Below, one piece after another: positions 9,142 through 18,537 of a stretch of DNA of 64,000 nucleotides (positions are counted from its first letter, which is position 1; each line of letters opens with the position of its first letter). The notes beneath the pieces are model-generated. The model was not told where the DNA came from. It made no database searches and worked only from the letters and a program-made list of their open reading frames with translations. The stretch is from a virus. Location: positions 1 to 64,000 of IMG/VR virus record IMGVR_UViG_3300005841_000001. One strand, given 5' to 3'. Both the position numbers and the translations under genes were made by a program.

Positions 9142-10862
9142 TCCGGCGGCACCTCCAAGTCGGGCGGCAGGAGATCACCGCGTTCGACGTACTGCGGGTT
9201 CGCAGTCTGAAGCAACCGTAACTCTCGGTACGAACGGGTCATAGCGACGTAGAACAACCTGATCAATTCGTCACGTCCCGCAGCGCTCTCAGCAGCGGCG
9301 CGAGCGGCCGCGCCGGAGATGTCGGGGGCGACATACACGGTGCCCGACTGACCACCCTTCGTACTATGAATGGTGCCGACGGTGAGCCGAGGCGTCTGCT
9401 GGATCGCGGCCGGGCCGTGCGCCCGGGCGACCTCGATCGGGTACAACGCGGCCTTCTGCTTGGCCGCGAGCAGGCACTGCGCGAGCCAGTCAGGATCCGG
9501 GGCAGTGGCCCAGTCGAACGCGTCCCCGTCGACGAAGAGTCGACGCACTTCGTCCTCGGGTACCTCGGTGTGCGGATCGAGCAGCTTGATCAGCTTTTTG
9601 GCTCCGGGGCGCATGCCGGCCGGGCCGAGTTTCACCAGCTCGGACCAGTACTGGATATCCTCGCCGGTCCACATGCGACCGCCGTGGTCCATAAGGGACT
9701 CGTCCATGATCAGGTATCGGAACACGCGCTCGGCGGTCGCGACCCCTGCCGTCACCCCGCCGAGTGGATTCCAGCGCGCCTCGTTCGGGCGGTACGGGTT
9801 GTGGAACGGCACCCCACGCTGACGGAGGCCGGTAAGCAGCGGCTCGAGCATGTAGTTGCACGAGGCGACCACCATCACCGTCTCGTTCGGATCCGAGTCC
9901 AGATCGGACTCGATACGGTCGATCAGGGCTGCGCTGTTCAGGGTCTCCGGCACCTTGTAGGCCGCGCCCATGACCATCTTCCCCGCGGCGTCGACGCGCG
10001 GACGGTACTCCTTTTCGCGGCGGTGCGAGCCCAGCCGAATGATCCACCGCTGCGCGACACGGCGCACAGCCTCGGGAACGCGGTAGGACTGACCGAGGAT
10101 CTCGTCTCGGACCTCGCCGTTCGGGCCCGCGGTCAAATCGAGGATCGGTGCCGGGTTGCCGCCACGCCAGGCGTTGATCGCCTGGTCGTCGTCGAGGCCG
10201 AAGAACAGGTGATCGGTCTGCTGACCCCACGCGGTCACCAGCGCCGATTCGAGCGGGGTCTGGTCCTGCGCCTCGTCGGCGATGAAGAACCGCGGGTTGC
10301 CCGGCGCGGGCTCGCCGTCGCGTGCGGCCTCCAGCGCATCCTCGACCATGTCGGTGTAATCCACCGCCCCTACGTGCGTCTTCCACTGCTCCCACCGGCG
10401 GGCGAACTGCCGGACGTTCTCCGGCCATTCGTCTTGCGGGGTCAGGGTGGCACGCAGCTTGTCGAGCGAAGAGATCAGCTCGTCGCCGGTGACGGCGTTG
10501 CGCGGATTCCCGTTGGCTCCGCTGTCCCCGCTAGCGCGCCGGTTGTCCGGGGTGATCGTCCACTCGGGGTGGTCTTCGTTCCAGGAGACGATCGTCTTCG
10601 CATCCAGGGCGACGGCGCCGTGCCCGATGGCCCGGAAGGCGTGGCTGTGCAGCGTCCGCACGGCGTGCTTGGGCGGCCGGATGCCGTCGTTGGTGAACCG
10701 GCCGGCGATCTCCTCGGCCGCGGTGGTCGAGAAAGAGGCGACCGAGAGGCAGTCAGGCCCATAAGTCATGATCAAGTTGCGCACCAACTCGGCGAGCTTG
10801 GTGGTCTTGCCGGTTCCGGGCGGTCCGAAGATCCGGGTGGCGTTGCCGTTGAACTCGGTCAC
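9138..10862 (-). CDS. UvrD/Rep-like SF1 helicase
   Basis: GPPGTGKTT, TLHS, DEAQD, DDDQAI, QSYR, TIHSTKG, LFYVAMTR; GTG start at 10862 overlapping the upstream stop. Confidence 0.92.
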   Translation of the reverse strand: MTEFNGNATRIFGPPGTGKTTKLAELVRNLIMTYGPDCLSVASFSTTAAEEIAGRFTNDGIRPPKHAVRTLHSHAFRAIGHGAVALDAKTIVSWNEDHPEWTITPDNRRASGDSGANGNPRNAVTGDELISSLDKLRATLTPQDEWPENVRQFARRWEQWKTHVGAVDYTDMVEDALEAARDGEPAPGNPRFFIADEAQDQTPLESALVTAWGQQTDHLFFGLDDDQAINAWRGGNPAPILDLTAGPNGEVRDEILGQSYRVPEAVRRVAQRWIIRLGSHRREKEYRPRVDAAGKMVMGAAYKVPETLNSAALIDRIESDLDSDPNETVMVVASCNYMLEPLLTGLRQRGVPFHNPYRPNEARWNPLGGVTAGVATAERVFRYLIMDESLMDHGGRMWTGEDIQYWSELVKLGPAGMRPGAKKLIKLLDPHTEVPEDEVRRLFVDGDAFDWATAPDPDWLAQCLLAAKQKAALYPIEVARAHGPAAIQQTPRLTVGTIHSTKGGQSGTVYVAPDISGAAARAAAESAAGRDELIRLFYVAMTRSYRELRLLQTANPQYVERGDLLPPDLEVPPE

Positions 10863-11386
10863 GCCGCCACCGGCCAGTCCGGCACAACCAGCTTGTTGAA
10901 GTCCTCGTGCCATGTGTGGCTCGTGTCATGGCAGAACACCGTGCCGTTGCACTGCTGGCAGCCGTCGTTGTATCGCTTGAGCGCGGCGAGCAGGCTCGGG
11001 TTCGCCGGGCGGGACAGCCGGAAGGACACCGTCTCGCAGCCCTCGCCGTTCCAGGATTCCTGCACGGTCACTTCGGTCTCGATGGCGCGCTGGATCGCCG
11101 ACACCTCGGCCCGGTGGATCGGGTAGGCGAGTCGGTCTTCGTTGCCGATTCGAATGCGCGCGTGCTTGTGCTCCTCGGCGAGGCACATCGTGACCACGGG
11201 CAGGCCGTTGATGACCGAGGGGATGAACCCGTAGTGCCGGTGGTTGACCACGCAGGAGGTCGGACCGAGGTGGAACACGATGGCGTCGTCGGGCTGTACG
11301 GTCTCGTAGAGCCACGCGAGGCCCCGGTGGATGGTCGCGGTGTCGGCCACGCCGAACGGCCGGTACGGCATTGCGGTAGTGGTCAC
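10859..11386 (-). CDS. hypothetical protein
   Basis: Translationally coupled on both sides. Confidence 0.7.
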   Translation of the reverse strand: MTTTAMPYRPFGVADTATIHRGLAWLYETVQPDDAIVFHLGPTSCVVNHRHYGFIPSVINGLPVVTMCLAEEHKHARIRIGNEDRLAYPIHRAEVSAIQRAIETEVTVQESWNGEGCETVSFRLSRPANPSLLAALKRYNDGCQQCNGTVFCHDTSHTWHEDFNKLVVPDWPVAA

Positions 11387-12231
11387 TTTGTCGGCTCCAA
11401 TCGCTTCAGCAGGTCAGCGCGCGTCGATACGACGTCGTCGATGGGGTAGGTCAGTTCGGCCGGCGGGCCGCCGTAGGCCGGGCAGTACGCCCGGAAGACG
11501 CACGACCCGCAGTGCTCGCCGAGGGTGGGAGCGAATATTTTCGACGGGTCGACGTCATTTTTTTGCGCAGCCTCGATCGCGTCGGCCATCTCGAGGCCGG
11601 CGTACTCGAGGTCCTCGAGCCCCTGATTCAAGACGGCCTCATCCAGCGGCATCGGGTCTTCGGTGCGGTGCGTGATCGAGTAGAACCCGATGCTGACGCG
11701 CTTCGCCCAGGGGAACAACAGCGGGCCGGCGATCGAGTAGGTGACGCCCTGCGGCCCGTCCGCCTCGGGCGTCTTGGACCACTTCCAGTCGCGGATGTGC
11801 AGCGAGTCAGGCCCGGTCCGGAACGCGAGGTCGAGCACACCTTCCACGCGACCGCCGGCGGTGTCGAACTGGAACGGGCGTTCGACGGCGATGATGGACA
11901 GCGGTGCCGGCACCGGGAGGGTAGCCAGGAGCTCGATCAGCGCGCCGGCGGCCCAGATCCGGTCCGGGTGGTTGGCGTGCGGGCCGAGCGCGTCGTAGAA
12001 GGCCTCGAGGGCCTCGGGCTCGTAGTCGCTCATCCGGCGCCCGTGCGTCCTCGCCGCGCTGACTTGGTTCGCGGCGAGGCTGTACGCCATCGCAAGCCCG
12101 GCGTGCGCGGCCGTGCCGCGTGTGAGGTGCCAAGGCTCGACGTTCGGCGGCACGGCGCGGGCGACGTAGCGGAACCACCAGGCGAGCCGGCAGGTGCGCC
12201 ACTGGTAGACCTTCGAGGGCGAGAGGTTCAC
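11383..12231 (-). CDS. PD-(D/E)XK RecB/Cas4-like exonuclease
   Basis: LSPS...C-x-x-x-WWF-x-Y, G-x-x-x-H, VE, G-x-LDL, DWK, C-x-x-C-x5-C. Confidence 0.88.
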   Translation of the reverse strand: MNLSPSKVYQWRTCRLAWWFRYVARAVPPNVEPWHLTRGTAAHAGLAMAYSLAANQVSAARTHGRRMSDYEPEALEAFYDALGPHANHPDRIWAAGALIELLATLPVPAPLSIIAVERPFQFDTAGGRVEGVLDLAFRTGPDSLHIRDWKWSKTPEADGPQGVTYSIAGPLLFPWAKRVSIGFYSITHRTEDPMPLDEAVLNQGLEDLEYAGLEMADAIEAAQKNDVDPSKIFAPTLGEHCGSCVFRAYCPAYGGPPAELTYPIDDVVSTRADLLKRLEPTK

Positions 12232-12446
12232 GCCGTTTCCAGCGGTAACGTCATCTGGTCGGGGTCGACCACGACCGTGGCCGGCCGGCCGCCGCGCCGG
12301 TCGAGCTCCTCGGCCAGCTCGGTGTAAGCCCGCTGCCATCGGTCGTAGTCAGCGCGATCAAAACCCGACGGCATGTTGTCGCGGCGGTCCCGCGTGTCAC
12401 TCGCGATCGAGAGACACACGGCGCGCTTGATGTGGCGGAAGTCCAT
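12228..12446 (-). CDS. hypothetical protein
   Basis: Coupled ORF. Confidence 0.65.
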   Translation of the reverse strand: MDFRHIKRAVCLSIASDTRDRRDNMPSGFDRADYDRWQRAYTELAEELDRRGGRPATVVVDPDQMTLPLETA

Positions 12447-12449
12447 TTC

Positions 12450-12680
12450 TCACCGGTCCATGATGCGGTCGTAGTAGGCGTCCGAGCCGTCGTCTTCGAC
12501 GTCGTCGTAGCCGCCCTGGAAGTAACAGTCCAGGTGCAGCAGGCCGCTCTCGTCGCGGACCCGCTCGGTCTCCTCGAGCTCGATCGTGTGCCCGCAGTAC
12601 AGGCAGATGAGTTCGATCACGAGGTCGAGGATCGCGGTGGTGGCCCGAGCGACCAGGGCAGCGACGGTGGTGATCAGCAT
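12450..12680 (-). CDS. small Zn-finger hypothetical protein (leaderless)
   Basis: CxxC...HxxC; ATG 6 nt after the -10 box. Confidence 0.7.
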   Translation of the reverse strand: MLITTVAALVARATTAILDLVIELICLYCGHTIELEETERVRDESGLLHLDCYFQGGYDDVEDDGSDAYYDRIMDR

Positions 12681-12686
12681 GAAGCT

Positions 12687-12715
12687 AGACTAGCCGAGCT
12701 GTACCGGCGAGTCAA
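12687..12715 (-). promoter_or_regulatory. operator-promoter element 1
   Basis: TTGACT-CGCCGGTACAGCTCGGC-TAGTCT. Confidence 0.85.
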
Positions 12716-13392
12716 GACCACGGCGACGCGGGCGAAAGGTACCGCAACGCTCGAGCCTGAACGATCGCCGTCGCGGCATCGGCGGCCGCGCGGTGCGGCC
12801 GCACGCGCTCGAGGTCAAGCAGGCCCTCGCGCGTCGGCACCGCGCCGGTGATGGCCCAGCAAACCTTGGGCACCTCGGTCATGATCGCCGCCAAGCTGGT
12901 GCCCATCACCAGGCTGGCCACCGAGACATCGAAGCACCGGTAGTGCAGCCGGCCGCCGGCGTCCTTGGGCGCGAGGCTTGGCATGTGCAACGCGGTCAAG
13001 CCCTGATCGAAGTGGCTCACCCCGGCGCCCGCCAGATAGATCTCGCCGGGGCCGGTGTTGGTCACCCCGAGGTCGTTGTTGATCAGGTCCTCGACCGAGC
13101 CGGCTTCGACATGCACGCGGGTCGGCCACTCGGCGGTGAGACCTGACTGCTCGTGCATGTCGCGCACCACCTGTTCCAAGAACGCACTGGTTTCCCAGTC
13201 CTCGTCCCCCGGCACGGGGGCGTGGCACTCGGCCGAAGTCGGCGGCCGCCAGTCGATCATCAGCGTACGCAACGGGGAGAGCTGCTCGAGCTTCATGTCC
13301 GTGATGGTCCAGGCCACTTCGAGCGCGGTGTGACGGTGCCGGTACAAAAGCCCGTTGGTTTCTGCGTCGAGCCAGAGCAAACGATCGGCCAT
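12712..13392 (-). CDS. oligoribonuclease-like DEDDh exonuclease
   Basis: WLDAETNGL, MH-x-x-SGL, LAG-x-GV-x-HFD, LHYR-x-FDVS, HRA-x-x-D; GAAAGG RBS. Confidence 0.85.
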   Translation of the reverse strand: MADRLLWLDAETNGLLYRHRHTALEVAWTITDMKLEQLSPLRTLMIDWRPPTSAECHAPVPGDEDWETSAFLEQVVRDMHEQSGLTAEWPTRVHVEAGSVEDLINNDLGVTNTGPGEIYLAGAGVSHFDQGLTALHMPSLAPKDAGGRLHYRCFDVSVASLVMGTSLAAIMTEVPKVCWAITGAVPTREGLLDLERVRPHRAAADAATAIVQARALRYLSPASPWS

Positions 13393-13406
13393 TGTGGACG
13401 GTCCTT

Positions 13407-14021
13407 TCAGGAGTGCGAGCGGATGATCTCGCGGATGTCGTCGATGCTGACGGGCGCGCCGGCCCACAGGTCGCGGTGCACGCTGATCTCGCGGCTCGCC
13501 GGGTTGGTGGCGATGCCGTCGGCCTGGGGCTGGCCGTGCACGATCCACAGACGTTCGGACTTCGTGGGGATCGGCGGGCGCCACCGCGCGGTCTCCACTG
13601 TGCCGCTGTAGGGCAGCGACCACAGCGCGATCGGGGCGAATCCGAAACCGAGGGGTACCTGCACCGGGATCCGGTGCTTACGGAATCCGCGCCCGGTGAT
13701 GATCCGTTCGACCTGTGGAACGGCGTGATCGAGCATCTCCGCTCGAAGCTCGAAGTCTTCGCCAGCGCCGGCGAAGTAGTCGTCGCCCGGGCCGGCGATC
13801 ACCGACAGCCGGCCGAGCATCTCGACGGCGGCGGTCTCGTCGTGGTGGCTCTTCACCGTGCCGGTCGCCCGCAGGTTGCCCAGGTGCCACACGAGGTCGT
13901 CCGGCTCGACGCGGGCGTTGTACGGCTCGAGCACGGCGGCCGCGTCGACGCTCTCGCCCTCGAGGTTGTGTCCCGCAGTGAACCAGGTCTCGCGGTCCTG
14001 CCACTTAGCCCGCAGTGTCAT
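13407..14021 (-). CDS. calcineurin-like metallophosphoesterase homologue, degenerate active site
   Basis: WFT-x-x-H, N-x-x-V-x-PDD-x-V-x-HLG, VHG, ISV-x-x-D-x-W-x-x-x-PVSID scaffold. Confidence 0.6.
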   Translation of the reverse strand: MTLRAKWQDRETWFTAGHNLEGESVDAAAVLEPYNARVEPDDLVWHLGNLRATGTVKSHHDETAAVEMLGRLSVIAGPGDDYFAGAGEDFELRAEMLDHAVPQVERIITGRGFRKHRIPVQVPLGFGFAPIALWSLPYSGTVETARWRPPIPTKSERLWIVHGQPQADGIATNPASREISVHRDLWAGAPVSIDDIREIIRSHS

Positions 14022-14292
14022 CGTCGCCCTCATTGGTCGTCCCCAGCACGGCGCCCGGGCGGACGACGCGGATGTTGAACCCCGGGATCCTTGCCTTGAT
14101 CGGCTGGTTCTGCGCCTCGGGCGGGAGCCGGTACATCCGGAGCTCGCGGCCGCCGAGGTCCACCGTGGACGTCGTCGGCAGCTTGTGCCCGGCACGCTCC
14201 AGCCGAGCGAACTCCCCCGGCGAACCGATGAAACCGATGTGACCGTCCGGGACGGTGAAATGGGTGCCGTTGCTCTCGTCGCTCAGTGGCAC
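14005..14292 (-). CDS. hypothetical protein
   Basis: Fills the gap in the operon; GTG start inferred. Confidence 0.5.
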   Translation of the reverse strand: MPLSDESNGTHFTVPDGHIGFIGSPGEFARLERAGHKLPTTSTVDLGGRELRMYRLPPEAQNQPIKARIPGFNIRVVRPGAVLGTTNEGDDDTAG

Positions 14293-14708
14293 AGGTCGCC
14301 GCCTTCCCACAGTGTTCCCAGCATGTTGAGCCGATCCTGCCCCCAGCAGGGGGTCGGGAACGCGGCCATCGCGCGCCGTGCTTCGCGGCGGTCGGCGCGG
14401 CGATTGCTGTTCAGCAGGTGCCACAGCTCGTTGAGCGCTTTTGCATCGAACGGCTCGGGACGCACATGGCGGTGGTCGAGGTTCGGCAGACAGTAGACCT
14501 CGACCAGCGGGTAGGAGTAAGCGCCCACCACGACGTCGCATCCGGCGTGCGCGAGGATCTCGAGAGTGTCGGTGCGATCGCGGGTCGCGAGCTTCTTGCC
14601 GGCCTGGATCATCGCGACGAATTGGTGCAGGTCCTGATACACCGAGTCCGCCGGGAATGCCAGCGCCGGCGTGTGGTTGAGGCAGATGCCGCGGTAGGTG
14701 CTGCTCAT
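14283..14708 (-). CDS. hypothetical protein
   Basis: ATGA overlap with the upstream gene. Confidence 0.65.
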   Translation of the reverse strand: MSSTYRGICLNHTPALAFPADSVYQDLHQFVAMIQAGKKLATRDRTDTLEILAHAGCDVVVGAYSYPLVEVYCLPNLDHRHVRPEPFDAKALNELWHLLNSNRRADRREARRAMAAFPTPCWGQDRLNMLGTLWEGGDLCH

Positions 14709-15358
14709 CGCTGGTGCGCCTTCCGGGCCGCCTTCTCCATCTTGCGGTTCAGCTTGACCATCGCCTTGATCAGCGGCCGCGACTCGATCCACTGCTTGGG
14801 GGTCATCGAGTCGAGCTCGTCCTGCATCTGGTCGAACGCCGCCATGACACCGTCGGACGGGTCGTCGGGGCAGCTGCGGAGGGTGGCCAGCTCCTCGCGG
14901 AACTTCAGGCCGGCCGCGTGGCGCTTGAGCATCGCGATCGTGTTCTGCCGCCACGAGGGATCCATGTCGACGATCTTGATGGGGTCCTTGTCCTTCGGGA
15001 TCCACCAGGTTTCCTGCTCGAGCAGGCGCAGCCAGCCGACACCGCGCGGCGGCGGGCCCTGCTCCGGCTTCCACAACAGGACGGCCAGCCGGCGCTCGGA
15101 CCGCTCTTCGCGCTCGGCCTTCTCCTCCGGCGTCTCGTCGCGCTGGATGACGAACTCGTATTCGATCTTGCGCGGGTCGGTGTCCTCGACCAGCGGGTGC
15201 GGATGGCTGTACAGGCTGCGCCGGATCTCGCCGCGCCCGACGAACTCGAGCAGCGCCTGCCGAACACCGGCCGGCCCGAGCCCGAACACGTCGTCGCCGA
15301 CGGAGTCCATGAAGAGGTCGACGAACTCGGTCGCCGCCTTCGAGGGGGTAGGGTCCAT
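14705..15358 (-). CDS. hypothetical protein (leaderless)
   Basis: ATG 6 nt after the element's -10 box. Confidence 0.75.
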   Translation of the reverse strand: MDPTPSKAATEFVDLFMDSVGDDVFGLGPAGVRQALLEFVGRGEIRRSLYSHPHPLVEDTDPRKIEYEFVIQRDETPEEKAEREERSERRLAVLLWKPEQGPPPRGVGWLRLLEQETWWIPKDKDPIKIVDMDPSWRQNTIAMLKRHAAGLKFREELATLRSCPDDPSDGVMAAFDQMQDELDSMTPKQWIESRPLIKAMVKLNRKMEKAARKAHQR

Positions 15359-15364
15359 GCGTCG

Positions 15365-15393
15365 AGACTAGCCGAGATCAGTAGGCTAGTCAA
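15365..15393 (-). promoter_or_regulatory. operator-promoter element 2
   Basis: TTGACT-AGCCTACTGATCTCGGC-TAGTCT. Confidence 0.85.
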
Positions 15394-16246
15394 ACGACTG
15401 GGGCTTGCTCTTCGCCTTCACCTTCGGCGGCGGCGGAGGTGGCTCCACGAGGGTCGAGGGCGGCTCGACGGGCCACGGCCGCCCGTCGTCGTTCGGCGCC
15501 GCGCACGAGCCACACAGGCGCTCGGAATCGACGATCCAGCGGCCCGGCCACAGCCATTCCGAGCAGCCGCGGCAACGCTCCCAGCCCCACACCTCGGCGT
15601 TGCCGCCGCCGACCTTGCCCAGCGGCCGGAACAGCGGCGGACCGAACGGGGGTGCGTAGACGCCCCAGTCGGCCACGATCGCCGTGTCCGGACCCACGAG
15701 AGCGCCGCCGAGCAGGATCACGCCATCATCGCGATCCTGCTCGGCGAGCGAGCGCTGGTGCCCCATGATTTTTTCGCCACGGTCCCGGCTCTGGCACGGC
15801 ACATGCTTGCGGCCCACCGTCGATTCGGTGACCACCGTCCACGGAACATCCGGACCGAGACCGGGTCGCCACCACGGGTTCGCCTGCACCGCGGCCGGGA
15901 TCCTCGGCGCGGTCGCCGAGACGATCGGCTTCGGCGCATCGGAGGTGCTCGAGCGGCGAGCGTAAGCGCTACGCCCCTTCCTGACGGACCGCTGTGGCGC
16001 CGGGCGAGCGCCGATCTCGGCCTCATCGAGGGTGGCCAGCATCGCGTCCCAGTGCTCAAACAAGCGTGGGACACACGGCTCGTGCACGGGGTGGAAGCAG
16101 TCCTCCCACGGCCAGTAGAGCCCGGTCGAGTGACCACACATCACGCAGCCGGAAAGGACGCCGTGTCGCAGCGAGACCACCACAGACTGCCGCGACACGG
16201 CGAGCTCGGAACCCCGCACCGGCGGGGGCGGCGGGATGAGTTTCAT
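15386..16246 (-). CDS. Cys-rich (Zn-binding) hypothetical protein
   Basis: Three CxxC motifs; ATGA overlap with the primase. Confidence 0.65.
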   Translation of the reverse strand: MKLIPPPPPVRGSELAVSRQSVVVSLRHGVLSGCVMCGHSTGLYWPWEDCFHPVHEPCVPRLFEHWDAMLATLDEAEIGARPAPQRSVRKGRSAYARRSSTSDAPKPIVSATAPRIPAAVQANPWWRPGLGPDVPWTVVTESTVGRKHVPCQSRDRGEKIMGHQRSLAEQDRDDGVILLGGALVGPDTAIVADWGVYAPPFGPPLFRPLGKVGGGNAEVWGWERCRGCSEWLWPGRWIVDSERLCGSCAAPNDDGRPWPVEPPSTLVEPPPPPPKVKAKSKPQSFD

Positions 16247-18537
16247 GCTCCCTCATCTCGGACGGCTCGGAGACGGTCGGAACGCGACAACTGGACGTCA
16301 CGAACGGCGTCCACGATGAAGCCCCACTCCTCCGCCGTGAACTCCGGTTCGTCGATTTCGTACCAGGTGCCCCGCACCTGCTTGCCAGTGGCGCTCTTCA
16401 TCCGGATGCGGTCCGGCTTGACGTACAGGTACCGCATCGAAGACTGCGCGGCCTTGCCCGACGGGCCACCCGGGCGGGTGGCCACGTAGCCGAGAAACGG
16501 CTTGAGCGAGAACCAGATCGACGGCGTGCCGGTCGTTCCCCAGTTCTGGTGATCACGGAGGAACGGTTTGTGCATGTCGACCGCTTCGACTTCCAGCGGC
16601 GTCGGAGGGTGATCGAGCAGGTAGTCCAGCAGCCACCCGTGCATCGAGGTAGCCATGTCCGAGCCGGTCGAGTCGCGCAGCCAGTACGGGACGAGCCGGT
16701 CGATCAGCGCGGCCCATCGCTCCTTGTCGCCAACCGGAGCGGCCGGGATCAGGCAGTCGACCGTCAGGGCCGTGCGGAACCCCCGCGGGGTCGAGAAGTC
16801 ACCGCGCTTGTGCCACTCGGAAAACAGCGGCCGGCCGACGCGGTACTGCTCGGGCCGGTTGGCGTCCGGCCAGTCGTAGTCCACCGGGATTTTCAGCCCG
16901 ATGCGACCACGCGCCGCATCGCCCTGGTCGGCCCGCTCGAGCCGCCACACTTCGAAGCCCTCGGCGCGAAACGCCTCGGGCAGCAGCAAGTCAGAGAGCG
17001 CCTCCATGTGCGCCCGCAGACCATCGGACCGGGTGCCCCAAACCTCTTCGTCCGCCGTCGGATCAGGCACCGGCGGCAGGACCTTGGGGACCTCGGTCGC
17101 CGGCGGTTGCCGATCCTCATCGGCGGCCTGATGTTCGTTCTCCACCTGGAACGTCGCGGCGAGCAGCCGCTGCTCCGGAGACATGACATCGTCGGCGTGG
17201 TCCAGGATCGCGTCGACGTAGTCGGGCATCGCGTCAGGCTCAAGCCCCGGGCCGGGACCCGGGTCGTCGTCCTCCGGCGGTTCGGGGGGCAGGAAGTCGA
17301 CCGGGTTCGGCTCGGGCTCGACGTGCACGGTGGCGCCGAGCTTGCCCTTGGCGGCCGAGGCGAAAGACGCCTCGCGGTCCAGCTCGAACTCGGCGAGCTT
17401 GGTCTTGCGCTTGCTCTGTTGCGCGACGAATCCGATGGTGCGGATGATGTAGTCGACTCGTTGCCGAGGGTCGACCTTGTCTACTTTCTGTCCACACCGC
17501 AGCCGGCGGCACATCAGCGCCTCGACCTGGTGATCCACGCTGAACCCGTAGTCAGCCAGGATCCGCACCAGCGCCGCGTCGTAGCTGGACTGGTCGTTTG
17601 CCAGGTCCGCGCGGTTGCCCGCCCACAGCAAGGCCAGCGGGCCAGCCGAGCCGTCGATCTCCAGCACGACCGAGAGCCACTCGGGCGTGTAGTCGCGCGA
17701 GCGGTAGTCCGCGGAGTTGACCCGGGCCCAGACCCGGTTCAGGTCAAGGTCGCCGAACTCGGCCGTCTTCACTCCGACCGTGCCAGCCGCGTAGCTGTCG
17801 AGCACCTCGGGGTCAGCGAATCGCTCGATCAGGTCGTCGAGCTCGTAGCGTCGGGCGTTGTCAAGCTCGACGATCTCGGCGCGCCGCGGGTCGTCGGGAA
17901 CCTTCAGGTTGAGCGTTCCCGGCACGCGCAGCACGCGCGCGAGGTCGAACACCGAGTCGAGCTTCCACTGCCCGAGCCGCTCCGCGTGGTAGCGCAGCGT
18001 CGAGTTCCAGTCTTGCGAGATGCGGGCGAGCTTCTCCTGCTCGGCCTCGACATCCTCGTCCGGCTCGATGATGAATGGCTCGTGGAACAGCCACCACGCC
18101 TGAATGCCGTGGCCCGTACGGATGATGGCCGTAGGGACCAGGCCCGGCGCGTTGGCCAGTGCCACTGCCGCTTCGTAATCGGGGGGGTAGGGCTTGCTCG
18201 TGTGCGGTCCACCCGCGAAGTCGATGTCCGCCCACAACCCGGGGAGTGCAACGACCTCGTGTGCCTTGGCCCGCTTGAACCTTTCTTTCGCGGACCGGGT
18301 CATCCCCGGTCCAATGTAGATTCCTGTGGGCCCGCCCGGCGTGCCCTGAGCTTCGGCAAGATCGGTGATGGCGGAAACAATGGCGCCGAGGTCATCACCT
18401 CGGCGCCACCGTGTCTCTTTGCCGGGCAGCGACCAGGCAGCGGCTACGTACAGATCCGCCAGGTTTTCGTCGCCGGTGCCGTCCGGGCCTCCGAACAGTG
18501 CCGAGCAGAACCGCCGGATCTGCTCGGCGTCGATCAT
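16243..18537 (-). CDS. DNA primase, RepB/AEP-like N-terminal domain
   Basis: LWADIDF, PT-x-I-x-x-TG-x-G-x-QAWW, D-x-ARVLRVPGT-x-N-x-K; start at MIDAEQ (ATGA overlap). Confidence 0.8.
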   Translation of the reverse strand: MIDAEQIRRFCSALFGGPDGTGDENLADLYVAAAWSLPGKETRWRRGDDLGAIVSAITDLAEAQGTPGGPTGIYIGPGMTRSAKERFKRAKAHEVVALPGLWADIDFAGGPHTSKPYPPDYEAAVALANAPGLVPTAIIRTGHGIQAWWLFHEPFIIEPDEDVEAEQEKLARISQDWNSTLRYHAERLGQWKLDSVFDLARVLRVPGTLNLKVPDDPRRAEIVELDNARRYELDDLIERFADPEVLDSYAAGTVGVKTAEFGDLDLNRVWARVNSADYRSRDYTPEWLSVVLEIDGSAGPLALLWAGNRADLANDQSSYDAALVRILADYGFSVDHQVEALMCRRLRCGQKVDKVDPRQRVDYIIRTIGFVAQQSKRKTKLAEFELDREASFASAAKGKLGATVHVEPEPNPVDFLPPEPPEDDDPGPGPGLEPDAMPDYVDAILDHADDVMSPEQRLLAATFQVENEHQAADEDRQPPATEVPKVLPPVPDPTADEEVWGTRSDGLRAHMEALSDLLLPEAFRAEGFEVWRLERADQGDAARGRIGLKIPVDYDWPDANRPEQYRVGRPLFSEWHKRGDFSTPRGFRTALTVDCLIPAAPVGDKERWAALIDRLVPYWLRDSTGSDMATSMHGWLLDYLLDHPPTPLEVEAVDMHKPFLRDHQNWGTTGTPSIWFSLKPFLGYVATRPGGPSGKAAQSSMRYLYVKPDRIRMKSATGKQVRGTWYEIDEPEFTAEEWGFIVDAVRDVQLSRSDRLRAVRDEGA

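Noticed and set aside
11383-12231. Cas4 as evidence of a CRISPR system
   Set aside because: Stand-alone Cas4/RecB-like nucleases are common in phage replication modules
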